This document shows positions 48,796 through 58,531 of a stretch of 64,000 nt of DNA, one piece after another. A program made the position numbers and the translations under genes. Numbering within the stretch: the first letter of the stretch is position 1; each line of letters opens with the position of its first letter. Source of the DNA: an uncultured Bacilli bacterium (lineage in GTDB: Bacteria > Bacillota_I > Bacilli_A > RF39 > UBA660). The notes below the pieces were generated by a model. It worked only from the letters and a program-made list of their open reading frames with translations. It made no database searches and had not been told where the DNA came from. The DNA is taken from NCBI GenBank assembly GCA_905235045.1, contig CAJOJO010000009.1, positions 4,241 through 68,240 on the forward strand, in the 5' to 3' direction.

Positions 48796-50062
48796 TTATA
48801 TTTCTTCTAATGTTATTTTAGCACCAACATTAGATAATTTTTCAATTATATTTTCGTATCCTCTTAAGACATGTTCTACTGATTCAATTACTGTTTCTCC
48901 ATCAGCTATTAAACCAGCTAAAATCATACAAGCACCAGCTCTTAAATCTGTTGCGACAACTGTTTTGCCTTTAAATTTAGTTGGCCCATTAATATATAAT
49001 TTTTGTTCATCTAACTCAATATTAGAACTCAATATTAGCTCCCATTTGTTCTAAATAAATAACGTTATTAAACCTATTTTCGTAGATTGTTTCTTCTAGT
49101 ACTGATTCACCATTAGCCATACATAGTAAAGTGGTTATTGGTTGTTGTAAATCCGTTGGAAAACCTGGATATCCCAATGTTTTAATGTTGGCTGGACGAA
49201 TATTATCAATATGTGAAATAGTAACTGAATCTTTGGTTATTTGTAAATCAAATCCCATTTCAATTAGTTTTGTCATTAAAGATTCAATATGTTGAGGAAT
49301 AATATTTTTTATTGTTAAGTCTTTTCCTATTAAAGCTCCGGCTATTAAATAAGTTCCAGCTTCAATACGATCAGGTATTACTTCTGTATAACATCCATGT
49401 AATTTAGTAACCCCATATATAGTAATTCTACTTGTACCAGCACCTTGAATATTAGCGCCCATATTATTTAAAAAAGTTGCTACACTAACTATTTCTGGTT
49501 CTTTAGCAGCATTTTCAATAACTGTTTTGCCTTCGGCTTTAACAGAAACAAGTAATGTATTTATAGTTGCTCCAACGCTAGGCATATCTAAATAAATATT
49601 ATTACCCACTAGTCTTTCAGCATCAATTGTATATTTGTTATTTTTTTCAATAATTTTAGCACCAAGTAAACGAAAGGCTTTTAGTGTTTGATCAATTGGC
49701 CTACTCCCTATATTACATCCACCAGGAAAATACATTTCAACATGCTTATATTTACCTAATAAAGCTGACATAAAATAATATGAAGCCCTTAGTTTTTTAG
49801 AAATATTTTCTGGTATTTCTTTGTTTACAATACTTGATGAATCAATAATCATTGTTCCATCTTCTCTTTTTACTGTTGCTCCTAACCACATTAGTATTTC
49901 ATTTAAAGCATCAATATCAGATATATTTGGAACATTATCGATAGTAACAATATCATCAGATAATAGTGAAGCAGGTACTAATGCTACCGCACTGTTTTTA
50001 GCACCACTTATATTTATAACGCCTGATAATGTATTACCACCTGTTATTCTTATTTGTTTCAT
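48796..50062 (-). pseudogene. murA: UDP-N-acetylglucosamine 1-carboxyvinyltransferase MurA, disrupted by a 13-bp tandem duplication
   Basis: 346-aa plus 78-aa ORFs together are collinear with MurA (...YLEQMGANIEF* / SSNIELDEQKLYINGP...ATDLRAGACMILAGLIADGET...). The junction has aactcaatattag duplicated at 49013-49025 and 49026-49038. Removing one copy restores the frame. Confidence 0.7.
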
Positions 50063-50070
50063 AAAACCTC

Positions 50071-50919
50071 CTAAGCTTTATTTAAACTACCCATTAATTC
50101 AATTTTATTTTTAATTTCTTTTTTCATTGCTTCTTCACCAGCTTTGATTATTTTTCTTGGATCATAAGCATTATTTGTTTTTATAAATTCACGTACTGCA
50201 TTAGACCAAACTATTTGTAATTCAGTATTTATATTTATTTTACAAATACCGGAATTAATAGCTTGTTTTATTTTTTCATCATCAATTCCTGAACCACCAT
50301 GTAATACTAATGGAATATTAGTTAGTTCAGCGATTTGTTTCATTTTATTAAAATCTAAACGTGGTTCGCCTTTATAGATCCCATGAACGCTTCCTAAAGC
50401 TGGCGCAATAAAGTCAATATTTGTTTCTTTATATAAACGTACTGCATCCTCTACTTTAGCATATGCAAGTTCAGCAGATATGCCATCTTCTGTTCCACCA
50501 ATATGTCCTACTTCTGCTTCTACTGTTACATTAAATTTTTTAGCATATTCAACTACTTCTTTTGTCATATTAATATTAGTGTCTAAGTCATAAGTAGAAG
50601 CGTCTATCATTACTGAAGTAAAGTCATTATCAATGGCTTTTTTAGCGTTTTCTACGCTACTACCATGATCTAAATGTAAAACAACTGGAACATGAATATT
50701 TAAAGATTTATCTAATTCTTTTACCATAGCTGAAACAACATTAAAGCCACCCATATATTTAGCTGCTCCTTCACTAACACCTAAAATAACAGGACTATTA
50801 TTATTTTCACATTCTTCTAAAATAAAACGAGTCCATTCTAAATTGTTAATATTAAAATGTGGGATAGCATATTTACCTTCTTTTGCTTTATTTAAAATTT
50901 CTTTTGCGTTTACTAACAT
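50071..50919 (-). CDS. fba: Fructose-bisphosphate aldolase class II
   Basis: MLVNAKEILNKAKEGKYAIPHFNINN ... LHLDHGSS ... GSVHG motifs. The ORF track extends 15 codons further upstream (to 50964). The conserved N-terminus suggests the Met at 50919. Confidence 0.8.
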   Translation of the reverse strand: MLVNAKEILNKAKEGKYAIPHFNINNLEWTRFILEECENNNSPVILGVSEGAAKYMGGFNVVSAMVKELDKSLNIHVPVVLHLDHGSSVENAKKAIDNDFTSVMIDASTYDLDTNINMTKEVVEYAKKFNVTVEAEVGHIGGTEDGISAELAYAKVEDAVRLYKETNIDFIAPALGSVHGIYKGEPRLDFNKMKQIAELTNIPLVLHGGSGIDDEKIKQAINSGICKININTELQIVWSNAVREFIKTNNAYDPRKIIKAGEEAMKKEIKNKIELMGSLNKA

Positions 50920-50980
50920 ATTATCACCTATTATAATTATATTATTTTCCGAATTAAAAAGCAATTTACTTTTGTCTACT

Positions 50981-51511
50981 TTACACTAAATAAAAAAGAC
51001 CTATAATTATTAATGTAATACCTCCTATCAAAGTTGATATAGGTCCAACTCTTTGATTTATGTATTTACCTAATTTTAATCCTATATAAGTAAATAATGC
51101 ACTTAAAACAGAAAAAATTAAAGCTGATATAAGATAATTTTCGTATATTGTTTTTAAACTTAAACCTAGTGAAAAACTATCAATTGATACAGCAAAACCA
51201 AATATTAACATTTCCCATAAGTTGATTTTATTTATTACAGCATCTTCTTTAAATGACTCAATAATCATTTCAATACCAATTAAAAATAGAACAATAAATA
51301 CTAGGACATTAGTTTTAATTGATAATAAATTAATTATTTTTTTTCCAACTAATAATCCTAAAAGAGGCATTATAAGATGATATATTCCAACAATTATTGA
51401 TAAAATAGATATTTGTTTATTACTAAGTTTTTGTGTTCCATAAGCTAAAGCTAAACTAAAGGCATCCATACTAAGACTAATTCCAATGAGAAAAACTATA
51501 AATAAGGACAT
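50981..51511 (-). CDS. MntP/YtaF-family (DUF204) membrane protein
   Basis: Two copies of the SMDAFS / SIDSFS motif in a 6-TM protein, typical of DUF204 (Mn efflux MntP / sporulation YtaF). Confidence 0.55.
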   Translation of the reverse strand: MSLFIVFLIGISLSMDAFSLALAYGTQKLSNKQISILSIIVGIYHLIMPLLGLLVGKKIINLLSIKTNVLVFIVLFLIGIEMIIESFKEDAVINKINLWEMLIFGFAVSIDSFSLGLSLKTIYENYLISALIFSVLSALFTYIGLKLGKYINQRVGPISTLIGGITLIIIGLFYLV

Positions 51512-51557
51512 AAAAAAACCTCCTATATTAGTTTATTAAGAGGTTTTAATTTTATGA

Positions 51558-54500
51558 TTATCTTACAAAAGTTATTTTAGCAAATCCGTCGCCTTCATTA
51601 CCTGTCATAACTGTAGTACCATCATGAGTTGGCATTTGGGTTAAACCACCACGTTCTGTAGTCCATTTATATCCTTCACCATCTATCATTTTTGTACTTG
51701 TAAATTTATATCCAGTATATGAATATGAATCTGATACAGATGAAGCTGTTGTTGCGACTGGAGTTCCTGATGAATTTACAGCTATACAACCATTATGACC
51801 TGAGATATATGATGATCCACCGGATGTTGTAGCACCAACATATGAAGCACCAGCTGCTCCATACCAGCCAGAACCTCCACCGTTACATGACCAGTTTTGA
51901 TATCCGTTACCACCTTTACCAAAGCTTCCAGATTGACCAGGATAACTTGTATAAGGTGTACCACCAACAGTTTGATTTGGTAATCTGGATACCTTATATG
52001 ACATTGCTGAAGCACCACCGTTTCCTAGAATACCTTCAAGTCCGCCGCCTGCACCATCCCAAGCAGTCCAATCAGCGCCATTATAACTACTAGCGCCAGC
52101 TCCTCCAGCGGCTACCATAATTCTAGAATATAAACTAGTAGCATTATTCCATTCAAGTCCATCACCTATAACCCGAATGTCAGTGGCTCCACCGCCTGCA
52201 TAACCAAAACCACCGCCAGCACCATAACCAGCTCCGCCGCCATTATATCCAGCATTTGTTCCGTGTCCTCCTTGGCCACCAACAAATAAATATAATTTTG
52301 TTCCTTTTTCTAATCGGATTTCACCTTTAGTGTATCCTCCAAGACCACCTTTAATTGTACTGTTTAATGATCCACCTGATGCTCCCCATAATTCAATTTT
52401 ATAAGTTCCCGTTATTGGAGCAATAAATGGTTGATAAGTTGCAGCTCCCCAATATGTCCAAGTTGATTCAGAATTTATAATATTTTCCGCATAGTTGTTT
52501 TTTGTTTCTTTTTTAACTAGCATTACTCTTGCATATCCATTTCCACTATTACCAGCAACCATTTCACTAGTTAAGTGTTGTTTCATATTTACTTTACCTT
52601 TTCGATCAATTGTCCATTCGTAACCTTCACCATCAATCATTTCCGTATCAGTAAATATGTATCCAGTATATGAATAAGCACTACCGTTATGAACACCATC
52701 TTCATTTAGTGAGTCACAACCTAAGTGACCTGAAATATATGATGATCCACCAGCTATAACTGAACTTACATAGGAACCTCCAGCTGCTCCATACCAGCCA
52801 GAACCTCCACCGTTACCTTGCCAGTTTTGATATCCATTTCCACCTTTGCCAAAATCACCATTTTGTCCGGCGTAATATGTAAATGATGTTCCTGGTAAAC
52901 CTTGCCCGGCTAGTGTTCCGGATTTATTGTTGGTAGCCGATGTTCCTCCGGATCCCATTAATCCCTTCAAACCACCACCAGCGCCACCATAGGCAAAATA
53001 ATCAGCACTATAATTACTAGCACCAGCTCCACTAGCAGCAACCATAATTCTACTTCTCAATGAAGTAATTTCGTCCCATGTTGTTGATGGTGATGTTCCC
53101 ACAGAACGAACATCGGTAGCACCTCCACCACCAGAAGTATTAATAGCGCTAGCATAACCAGAACCTCCACCATTCCAACTACCATTTTTTGTACCTTGAT
53201 GTCCTACATAAAAATACAATTTTGTTCCTTTTTCTAAATAAATATCACCTTTAGTATAAGCACCTAATCCACCTAAATAAGTATTTATTGATCCACCTTG
53301 AGCACCCCAAAGTTCAAAACGATATGTTCCATTTGCTGGAGCTGTAAATGTTTGATAATTCACTGCTGCTCCATATGACCAATAAGTATTTAATTCTGCT
53401 ATTTCTTTATTTCTTGTTTCTTCTGATTTATAAATAGGCGTTACTAAAGATATTTTTGCATATCCATTTCCTTCATTACCATCTACTTCACCACTACCTG
53501 ATTTATTTGGCATTTTAATGTATTCACCTTTTACTTTTGTCCATTCATATCCGGTTCCATCTATCATTTTTGTATTAGTAAAATATTTACCCGTCCATGA
53601 TACAGTTTCACCATTAGCTTGACCATTCTTATCGACTGATCCACATCCTTGATGACCTGAGATATATGACGAACCACCAGAGTTGTGACCACCTACATAG
53701 GAACTACCAGCACCACCGTACCAGCCGCCACCGCCGCCGTTACCTTGCCAGTTTTGATATGAATTTCCGCCTATACCAAACCTACCATCTTGCCCAGCAT
53801 AATAACCGCTTGCAATTCCACCACCACCTTGGGTAGCAGGAGTAGATTGAAGTGCTAATGCACCAGCTCCAACTGCAATAGATGTAATTCCTTCAAGTCC
53901 ACCTCCAGCGGCACCATAGCCATAATAATCAGTACTATAATTACTTGCGCCACCACCTCCGGCAGCAACCATAATTCTACTGTTTAATGAAGCTAATTCA
54001 TTCCATATGGTTTCTGCTGATGTCGCAACTGTTCTTACATCAGTAGCTCCACCACCACCGCGATAGGCATATCCGTTTCCGCCACCATTCCAACCACCAG
54101 TAGCGGTAGTAGTAGTACCACCTACATAAACGTATATACTTTCTCCTTCATCTAGATATAAGTATCCAGCTGTATATGCTCCTTTACCTCCATACATTGA
54201 TGCATTAATGGTGTATCCTTGAGCACCCCATAATTCTACATTATATAAACCACTATATGGAGCGGTGAATGTTTGATATTGACCAGTATAATCATATTCC
54301 CAAGCATAACCACTTAAATCATCAAATTCACTAAGTAATACCCATTTATTATCATTAAATACATATGATTCTTTTGGTTGCCATTTTCCATCCTCATATT
54401 GCATTACACATGCCACACCTAATTTACTCTTATCATTTTTTATTACATTATCTGCATCACTATTTTGAACAATCCATACATTTCCTTCTTTAGGATTTTC

Positions 54501-55073
54501 AATTCCATCATTAGAAAAATAGTAATCAGTTATTTTTGTATTTGTAATAATTCCAATATAACCCTCTCCACTTTTTTTAGGCATTACATCTGTTGATTCA
54601 TATGCTGTTACACTTAATCTAGTACCAATATAACTTGGTGTTCCAGTTGTTACAAACCCCATAAAATCTTTATCAAAATCATCTGTACATATTCCGTTAT
54701 CTAATATTACATCATTAGAATTTATATCTTTTTTTGCATACCATTTTCCATTATCAATACATACTGCAATGTCAGCATATGGTGTAATTGCAACAAAACC
54801 ATGATCTATTGATCCCTTATAATTTAATTTTTCATATTCGTCGGTTTGTTGATTATTATTAAATGACAAAATACGAAGATCTGAATCTTCGCTCATATAA
54901 CTATTATAATAATATCCTGCTGAATCAATTATTCCGTATACAGAATTTTTTAAAGCACCTTTTTTAGCATTATCAATTACATTTTTTATTACTGGTATTG
55001 ATATTACTAGCACTACTGCTAGTACCACTATTACCGCTAATAATTCTACTAGTGTAAATCCCTTTTTCTTCAT
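51558..55073 (-). CDS. Giant type-IV-pilin-like protein with three tandem glycine-rich (ALK/LTK Gly_rich-like) modules
   Basis: N-terminus MKKKGFTLVELLAVIVVLAVVLVISIPVI is the prepilin peptidase cleavage/N-methylation motif (G-F-T-L-x-E). Three ~300-aa repeats each contain YQTFTAP..GTY..ELWGAQGG ... YVGGQG ... NGGGxGY ... GGGATDIR ... SRIMVAAGGGGAS. Confidence 0.55.
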   Translation of the reverse strand: MKKKGFTLVELLAVIVVLAVVLVISIPVIKNVIDNAKKGALKNSVYGIIDSAGYYYNSYMSEDSDLRILSFNNNQQTDEYEKLNYKGSIDHGFVAITPYADIAVCIDNGKWYAKKDINSNDVILDNGICTDDFDKDFMGFVTTGTPSYIGTRLSVTAYESTDVMPKKSGEGYIGIITNTKITDYYFSNDGIENPKEGNVWIVQNSDADNVIKNDKSKLGVACVMQYEDGKWQPKESYVFNDNKWVLLSEFDDLSGYAWEYDYTGQYQTFTAPYSGLYNVELWGAQGYTINASMYGGKGAYTAGYLYLDEGESIYVYVGGTTTTATGGWNGGGNGYAYRGGGGATDVRTVATSAETIWNELASLNSRIMVAAGGGGASNYSTDYYGYGAAGGGLEGITSIAVGAGALALQSTPATQGGGGIASGYYAGQDGRFGIGGNSYQNWQGNGGGGGWYGGAGSSYVGGHNSGGSSYISGHQGCGSVDKNGQANGETVSWTGKYFTNTKMIDGTGYEWTKVKGEYIKMPNKSGSGEVDGNEGNGYAKISLVTPIYKSEETRNKEIAELNTYWSYGAAVNYQTFTAPANGTYRFELWGAQGGSINTYLGGLGAYTKGDIYLEKGTKLYFYVGHQGTKNGSWNGGGSGYASAINTSGGGGATDVRSVGTSPSTTWDEITSLRSRIMVAASGAGASNYSADYFAYGGAGGGLKGLMGSGGTSATNNKSGTLAGQGLPGTSFTYYAGQNGDFGKGGNGYQNWQGNGGGSGWYGAAGGSYVSSVIAGGSSYISGHLGCDSLNEDGVHNGSAYSYTGYIFTDTEMIDGEGYEWTIDRKGKVNMKQHLTSEMVAGNSGNGYARVMLVKKETKNNYAENIINSESTWTYWGAATYQPFIAPITGTYKIELWGASGGSLNSTIKGGLGGYTKGEIRLEKGTKLYLFVGGQGGHGTNAGYNGGGAGYGAGGGFGYAGGGATDIRVIGDGLEWNNATSLYSRIMVAAGGAGASSYNGADWTAWDGAGGGLEGILGNGGASAMSYKVSRLPNQTVGGTPYTSYPGQSGSFGKGGNGYQNWSCNGGGSGWYGAAGASYVGATTSGGSSYISGHNGCIAVNSSGTPVATTASSVSDSYSYTGYKFTSTKMIDGEGYKWTTERGGLTQMPTHDGTTVMTGNEGDGFAKITFVR

Positions 55074-55312
55074 ATAAATATAAGCCTACTTTCTAGTAAT
55101 ATTATACCCCCCCCCGGTACCTAAAATCAAGACTTAACGTATTTTTCTATCAAACATTTTTTTATTTTACTTAATAATAATTCTAATACTTTTTGTTCCT
55201 TAAAAGATATGGATTATATCTTCTTTAACCGTTAATTCATTCATATAAATCCTCCTTAAGTTTTATATAGTAACAAATTAAGATTAAAAAATATGTCGTT
55301 TTATCAACATAA

Positions 55313-55840
55313 TTAAAAAAACTTATCAAATAATTCTTCAATAAAAAACTTATATTCTACCTTTTCATTAGGTTGTGCTTCCAATAAACATAATGGTGGA
55401 AATAAAACACACCACCAATTATCACCCTCACCTTTACCTAAAGTAACTACTAATGATTCATAATATCCTTCTTTATATATCACTCCACGATATTCTTTAC
55501 TAGGAAAATAATTATTGCCAAAATTAACATTAAATGATTTATCATAATTTTCACTTATTAATAATTCACTTATGTCTTTTTCAATATTACTAATATTACT
55601 TTTAATTATTTCTCTAGCTCTTTTAACACCTTTAGTATTTTTTAATAAATTATACATTTTATATTCTAATAGATTTTTTACTTTCATTTTTATATTTTGG
55701 TCATATTCACTATTACTATTAGGGATAACTCTTAATCTTATTGCATCGTTAGGAATTACAAAATTATCTGCTTTAACACTAGTAATAACCATAAATAAAA
55801 TAACAAATAAAATAAACATTTTTTTCATTAAAAAAATCAT
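55313..55840 (-). CDS. spoIIR: Stage II sporulation protein R (SpoIIR)
   Basis: Signal peptide. IRLRVIPNSNSEYDQNIKMKVKN ... GKGEGDNWWCVLFPPLCLLE matches the SpoIIR conserved blocks. Confidence 0.75.
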   Translation of the reverse strand: MIFLMKKMFILFVILFMVITSVKADNFVIPNDAIRLRVIPNSNSEYDQNIKMKVKNLLEYKMYNLLKNTKGVKRAREIIKSNISNIEKDISELLISENYDKSFNVNFGNNYFPSKEYRGVIYKEGYYESLVVTLGKGEGDNWWCVLFPPLCLLEAQPNEKVEYKFFIEELFDKFF

Positions 55841-55877
55841 CTCCTAATTTAATAGTGATGATTTTTACAATTTTTAT

Positions 55878-56315
55878 TCATTTATGATAAGATTCATTAT
55901 TTAATATTCTAAATGAACGGTATATTTGTTCAAGTAAAATAATTCTAAATAATTGATGAGGGAATGTTAATTTTGAAAAAGATAATTTATAATTACTTCT
56001 TTTTTTTATACTTTCATCGAGACCTAATGAACCACCAATAATAAAAGTAATATTAGAATTATTAAGTAAAATATTATCAATTTTATTTGCTAACTCTAGA
56101 GATGTTAATTCATTTCCTTCTATCTCTAAAGTAATTACGTAATCTTTATCATTAATATGTTTATTAATTAAAGTAGCTTCCTTTTCTAAAACATTACTGT
56201 CATCAACTTCTAATATATCTATTTTAGTATACTTTGATAATCTTTTTAAATATTCATCTATAGCTTCTTTAAAAAATTTTTCTTTTATTTTTCCTACACA
56301 AATTATTTTTATCAT
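55878..56315 (-). CDS. rlmH: 23S rRNA (pseudouridine1915-N3)-methyltransferase RlmH
   Basis: MIKIICVGKIKEKFFKEAIDEYLKRL ... SPOUT fold C-terminus (FPHQLFRIILLEQIYRS). Confidence 0.8.
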   Translation of the reverse strand: MIKIICVGKIKEKFFKEAIDEYLKRLSKYTKIDILEVDDSNVLEKEATLINKHINDKDYVITLEIEGNELTSLELANKIDNILLNNSNITFIIGGSLGLDESIKKRSNYKLSFSKLTFPHQLFRIILLEQIYRSFRILNNESYHK

Positions 56316-57085
56316 ATACTCACTAATTCAGTACTTTCATTTTGGGTTGAAATAATTATATTATTAAAATCTATATTGTTTTTTTTAAGAATATCTTTTA
56401 AAGTTTCTTTTGCTAATTCAGGAGTATTATTATCCTCACTTAAATGAATTAAGATTATCTTTTTTGTTTTTGGACCAATGAATTTAGCTAAATAATTAGC
56501 TGCTTCTACATTATTTAAGTGTCCACGATCACCTAAAATACGTTGTTTTATATGATATGGTCTATTTCCATTCATAAGCATTTCAACATCATGGTTACTT
56601 TCCATAACATAAATATCACGGTTTTTTAAAAGATCAAAATATTTACGATTTATATATCCTGTGTCAGTAATATAAACAATTGAATTAGAATTATTTTCAA
56701 TAATATAACCATTAACATCATCAGTATCATGTGATAACTTTATAGCTTTAATATTTAAATCCTTAATTATAAAATCATCTTCAATAATTTCATAATTAGA
56801 TAAATAAGAAAATAATTCTTCATACATTTTTTTACTTAAATAAACCTTGGTATGATATTTTTTTAAAAACACTTTTAAACCTGATGTATGATCAGTATGT
56901 GTATGAGTTATTAGAATACCATTTAAATCATTTGGATTAATATTTAAAGCTTCTAATTTTTTTTCAATATTACTAGAAGTTAAACCAGCATCAATTAAAA
57001 TTTCAGTATTCGAAGAGGCAATGTATGAAACATTACCCTTCGATCCAGTTGCTAATGCAACTATTTTTAACGATACATTATCCAT
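56312..57085 (-). CDS. MBL-fold metallo-hydrolase (YycJ/WalJ-like)
   Basis: ITHTHTDHTSGL (HxHxDH) plus downstream His/Asp ligands. Position next to the rlmH/M23 peptidase. Confidence 0.7.
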   Translation of the reverse strand: MDNVSLKIVALATGSKGNVSYIASSNTEILIDAGLTSSNIEKKLEALNINPNDLNGILITHTHTDHTSGLKVFLKKYHTKVYLSKKMYEELFSYLSNYEIIEDDFIIKDLNIKAIKLSHDTDDVNGYIIENNSNSIVYITDTGYINRKYFDLLKNRDIYVMESNHDVEMLMNGNRPYHIKQRILGDRGHLNNVEAANYLAKFIGPKTKKIILIHLSEDNNTPELAKETLKDILKKNNIDFNNIIISTQNESTELVSI

Positions 57086-58521
57086 GGATTAATACGATAT
57101 CCTCCCATCCATGGTTTTCCTACCCATACTTCAAAGTGAACATGTGGACCAGTAGCCCAACCTGTCATACCAACATAGCCTATTACTTGACCTTTAGCAA
57201 TGGTTTGTCCTTTAGTTACTGCTTGTTTTTGCATATGACAATAGCAAGTATAGTATCCATTATTATGATCAATGCATACATAATTACCATCTTGATATCT
57301 ATAAGCTACTTCAGATACAACACCATTAGTTACAGCATAAATTGGTGATCCCATACCTGTACCAGCTATATCGATGGCAGCATGTAATTCACGCCATCCA
57401 GTAATTGGATTAATACGATATACATAATCAGATGAAATAATATAACCGCTGTTTGTTGGCCATCCCCAGTTCTTAAGTGAACCAACATTAGAAACATTCT
57501 TATCACCTTTAACTACTACTTCATTGATAACTGGTTCTAATTCAGTTTTAGAAACAGGTTCAACATACGAGATTTCACCATTAACATATTTAATTCTTTG
57601 AGCAATTCGTTCAAGTCCATTTGAACCTTCTTGAATAACACGATAGTCACCCTTTATCATATTACTATCATATTGTACTTCTGTTTGATAAGTAACTTCT
57701 TGATCTTTAACAACATATTCTTCCATTACTATTGAAAGTTGTGGATCAGTAATTCCTATTTTAACAATTTGACCTGGATATAATAAGTTATTTTCGTTTT
57801 TAAAATTAGGATTTGATATTAAAAATTCCGATATTGATATTTGATTATCAAAAGCAACATCAGAAATAGTATCACCTAATTTAACCGTGTAATCTTTTTG
57901 TTCAGTATTTTCACCAAATAGTAAAAACCTTGATAAAGATTGAACATCAGTATAAATATCTTCAGCTACTGATATATTTGTTTTTTTAAATGTAATATCT
58001 TCATCAACATAAATATTTTCTACTTTTGTTCCAGTTGTTTCTATTTCTACTTGATTATTTTCATTAAAAGAAACATATGCATCTTCATTAACAAACGCTT
58101 TTATAGTATTTGTTACAGCTTCACGAAATATATCTTCACTTAATGTATAAATCGTCAAATTTTTATCATCACTCTTAATATTAAATTGGTAACCTTCAAT
58201 AGTAAATGGTTCTTTTTCGGAAATAATTTTATATATTTCTGCTACACTAACTATATTACTATCATAAGTTTCAATTTTTTTAGTTATTAAATCACTTGGA
58301 GCATAAATCTTATTAACACCAAATTTCTTCTTAAATTTATTATTTTGATCATTTATATATTTATCAAGTTCCTTTTTTGATTCAATAACACCAATGACTT
58401 CGTCTTTTAAATAAACTTGATAATATGTATGCGGTGTCGTATCTTTTTTAAAGCCTAGGCTTAAAAAAGCTATTGCAAAACTTAAAATACATATACCAAT
58501 TATTAAGCCTACTTTTTTCAT
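57067..58521 (-). CDS. Membrane-anchored M23 family peptidase
   Basis: C-terminal HAAIDIAGTGMGSPIYAVTNGVVSEV ... IDHNNGYYTCYCHM ... GMTGWATGPHVHFEV canonical LytM motifs. N-terminal TM. Confidence 0.7.
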   Translation of the reverse strand: MKKVGLIIGICILSFAIAFLSLGFKKDTTPHTYYQVYLKDEVIGVIESKKELDKYINDQNNKFKKKFGVNKIYAPSDLITKKIETYDSNIVSVAEIYKIISEKEPFTIEGYQFNIKSDDKNLTIYTLSEDIFREAVTNTIKAFVNEDAYVSFNENNQVEIETTGTKVENIYVDEDITFKKTNISVAEDIYTDVQSLSRFLLFGENTEQKDYTVKLGDTISDVAFDNQISISEFLISNPNFKNENNLLYPGQIVKIGITDPQLSIVMEEYVVKDQEVTYQTEVQYDSNMIKGDYRVIQEGSNGLERIAQRIKYVNGEISYVEPVSKTELEPVINEVVVKGDKNVSNVGSLKNWGWPTNSGYIISSDYVYRINPITGWRELHAAIDIAGTGMGSPIYAVTNGVVSEVAYRYQDGNYVCIDHNNGYYTCYCHMQKQAVTKGQTIAKGQVIGYVGMTGWATGPHVHFEVWVGKPWMGGYRINPWIMYR

Positions 58522-58531
58522 AGCATCCTCC

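Noticed and set aside
51782-52093. 78-aa and 83-aa ORFs inside the glycine-rich gene (both strands)
   Set aside because: Artefacts of GC-richer Gly-codon repeats (His/Gln/Leu-rich translations). They lie inside a well-supported long CDS.
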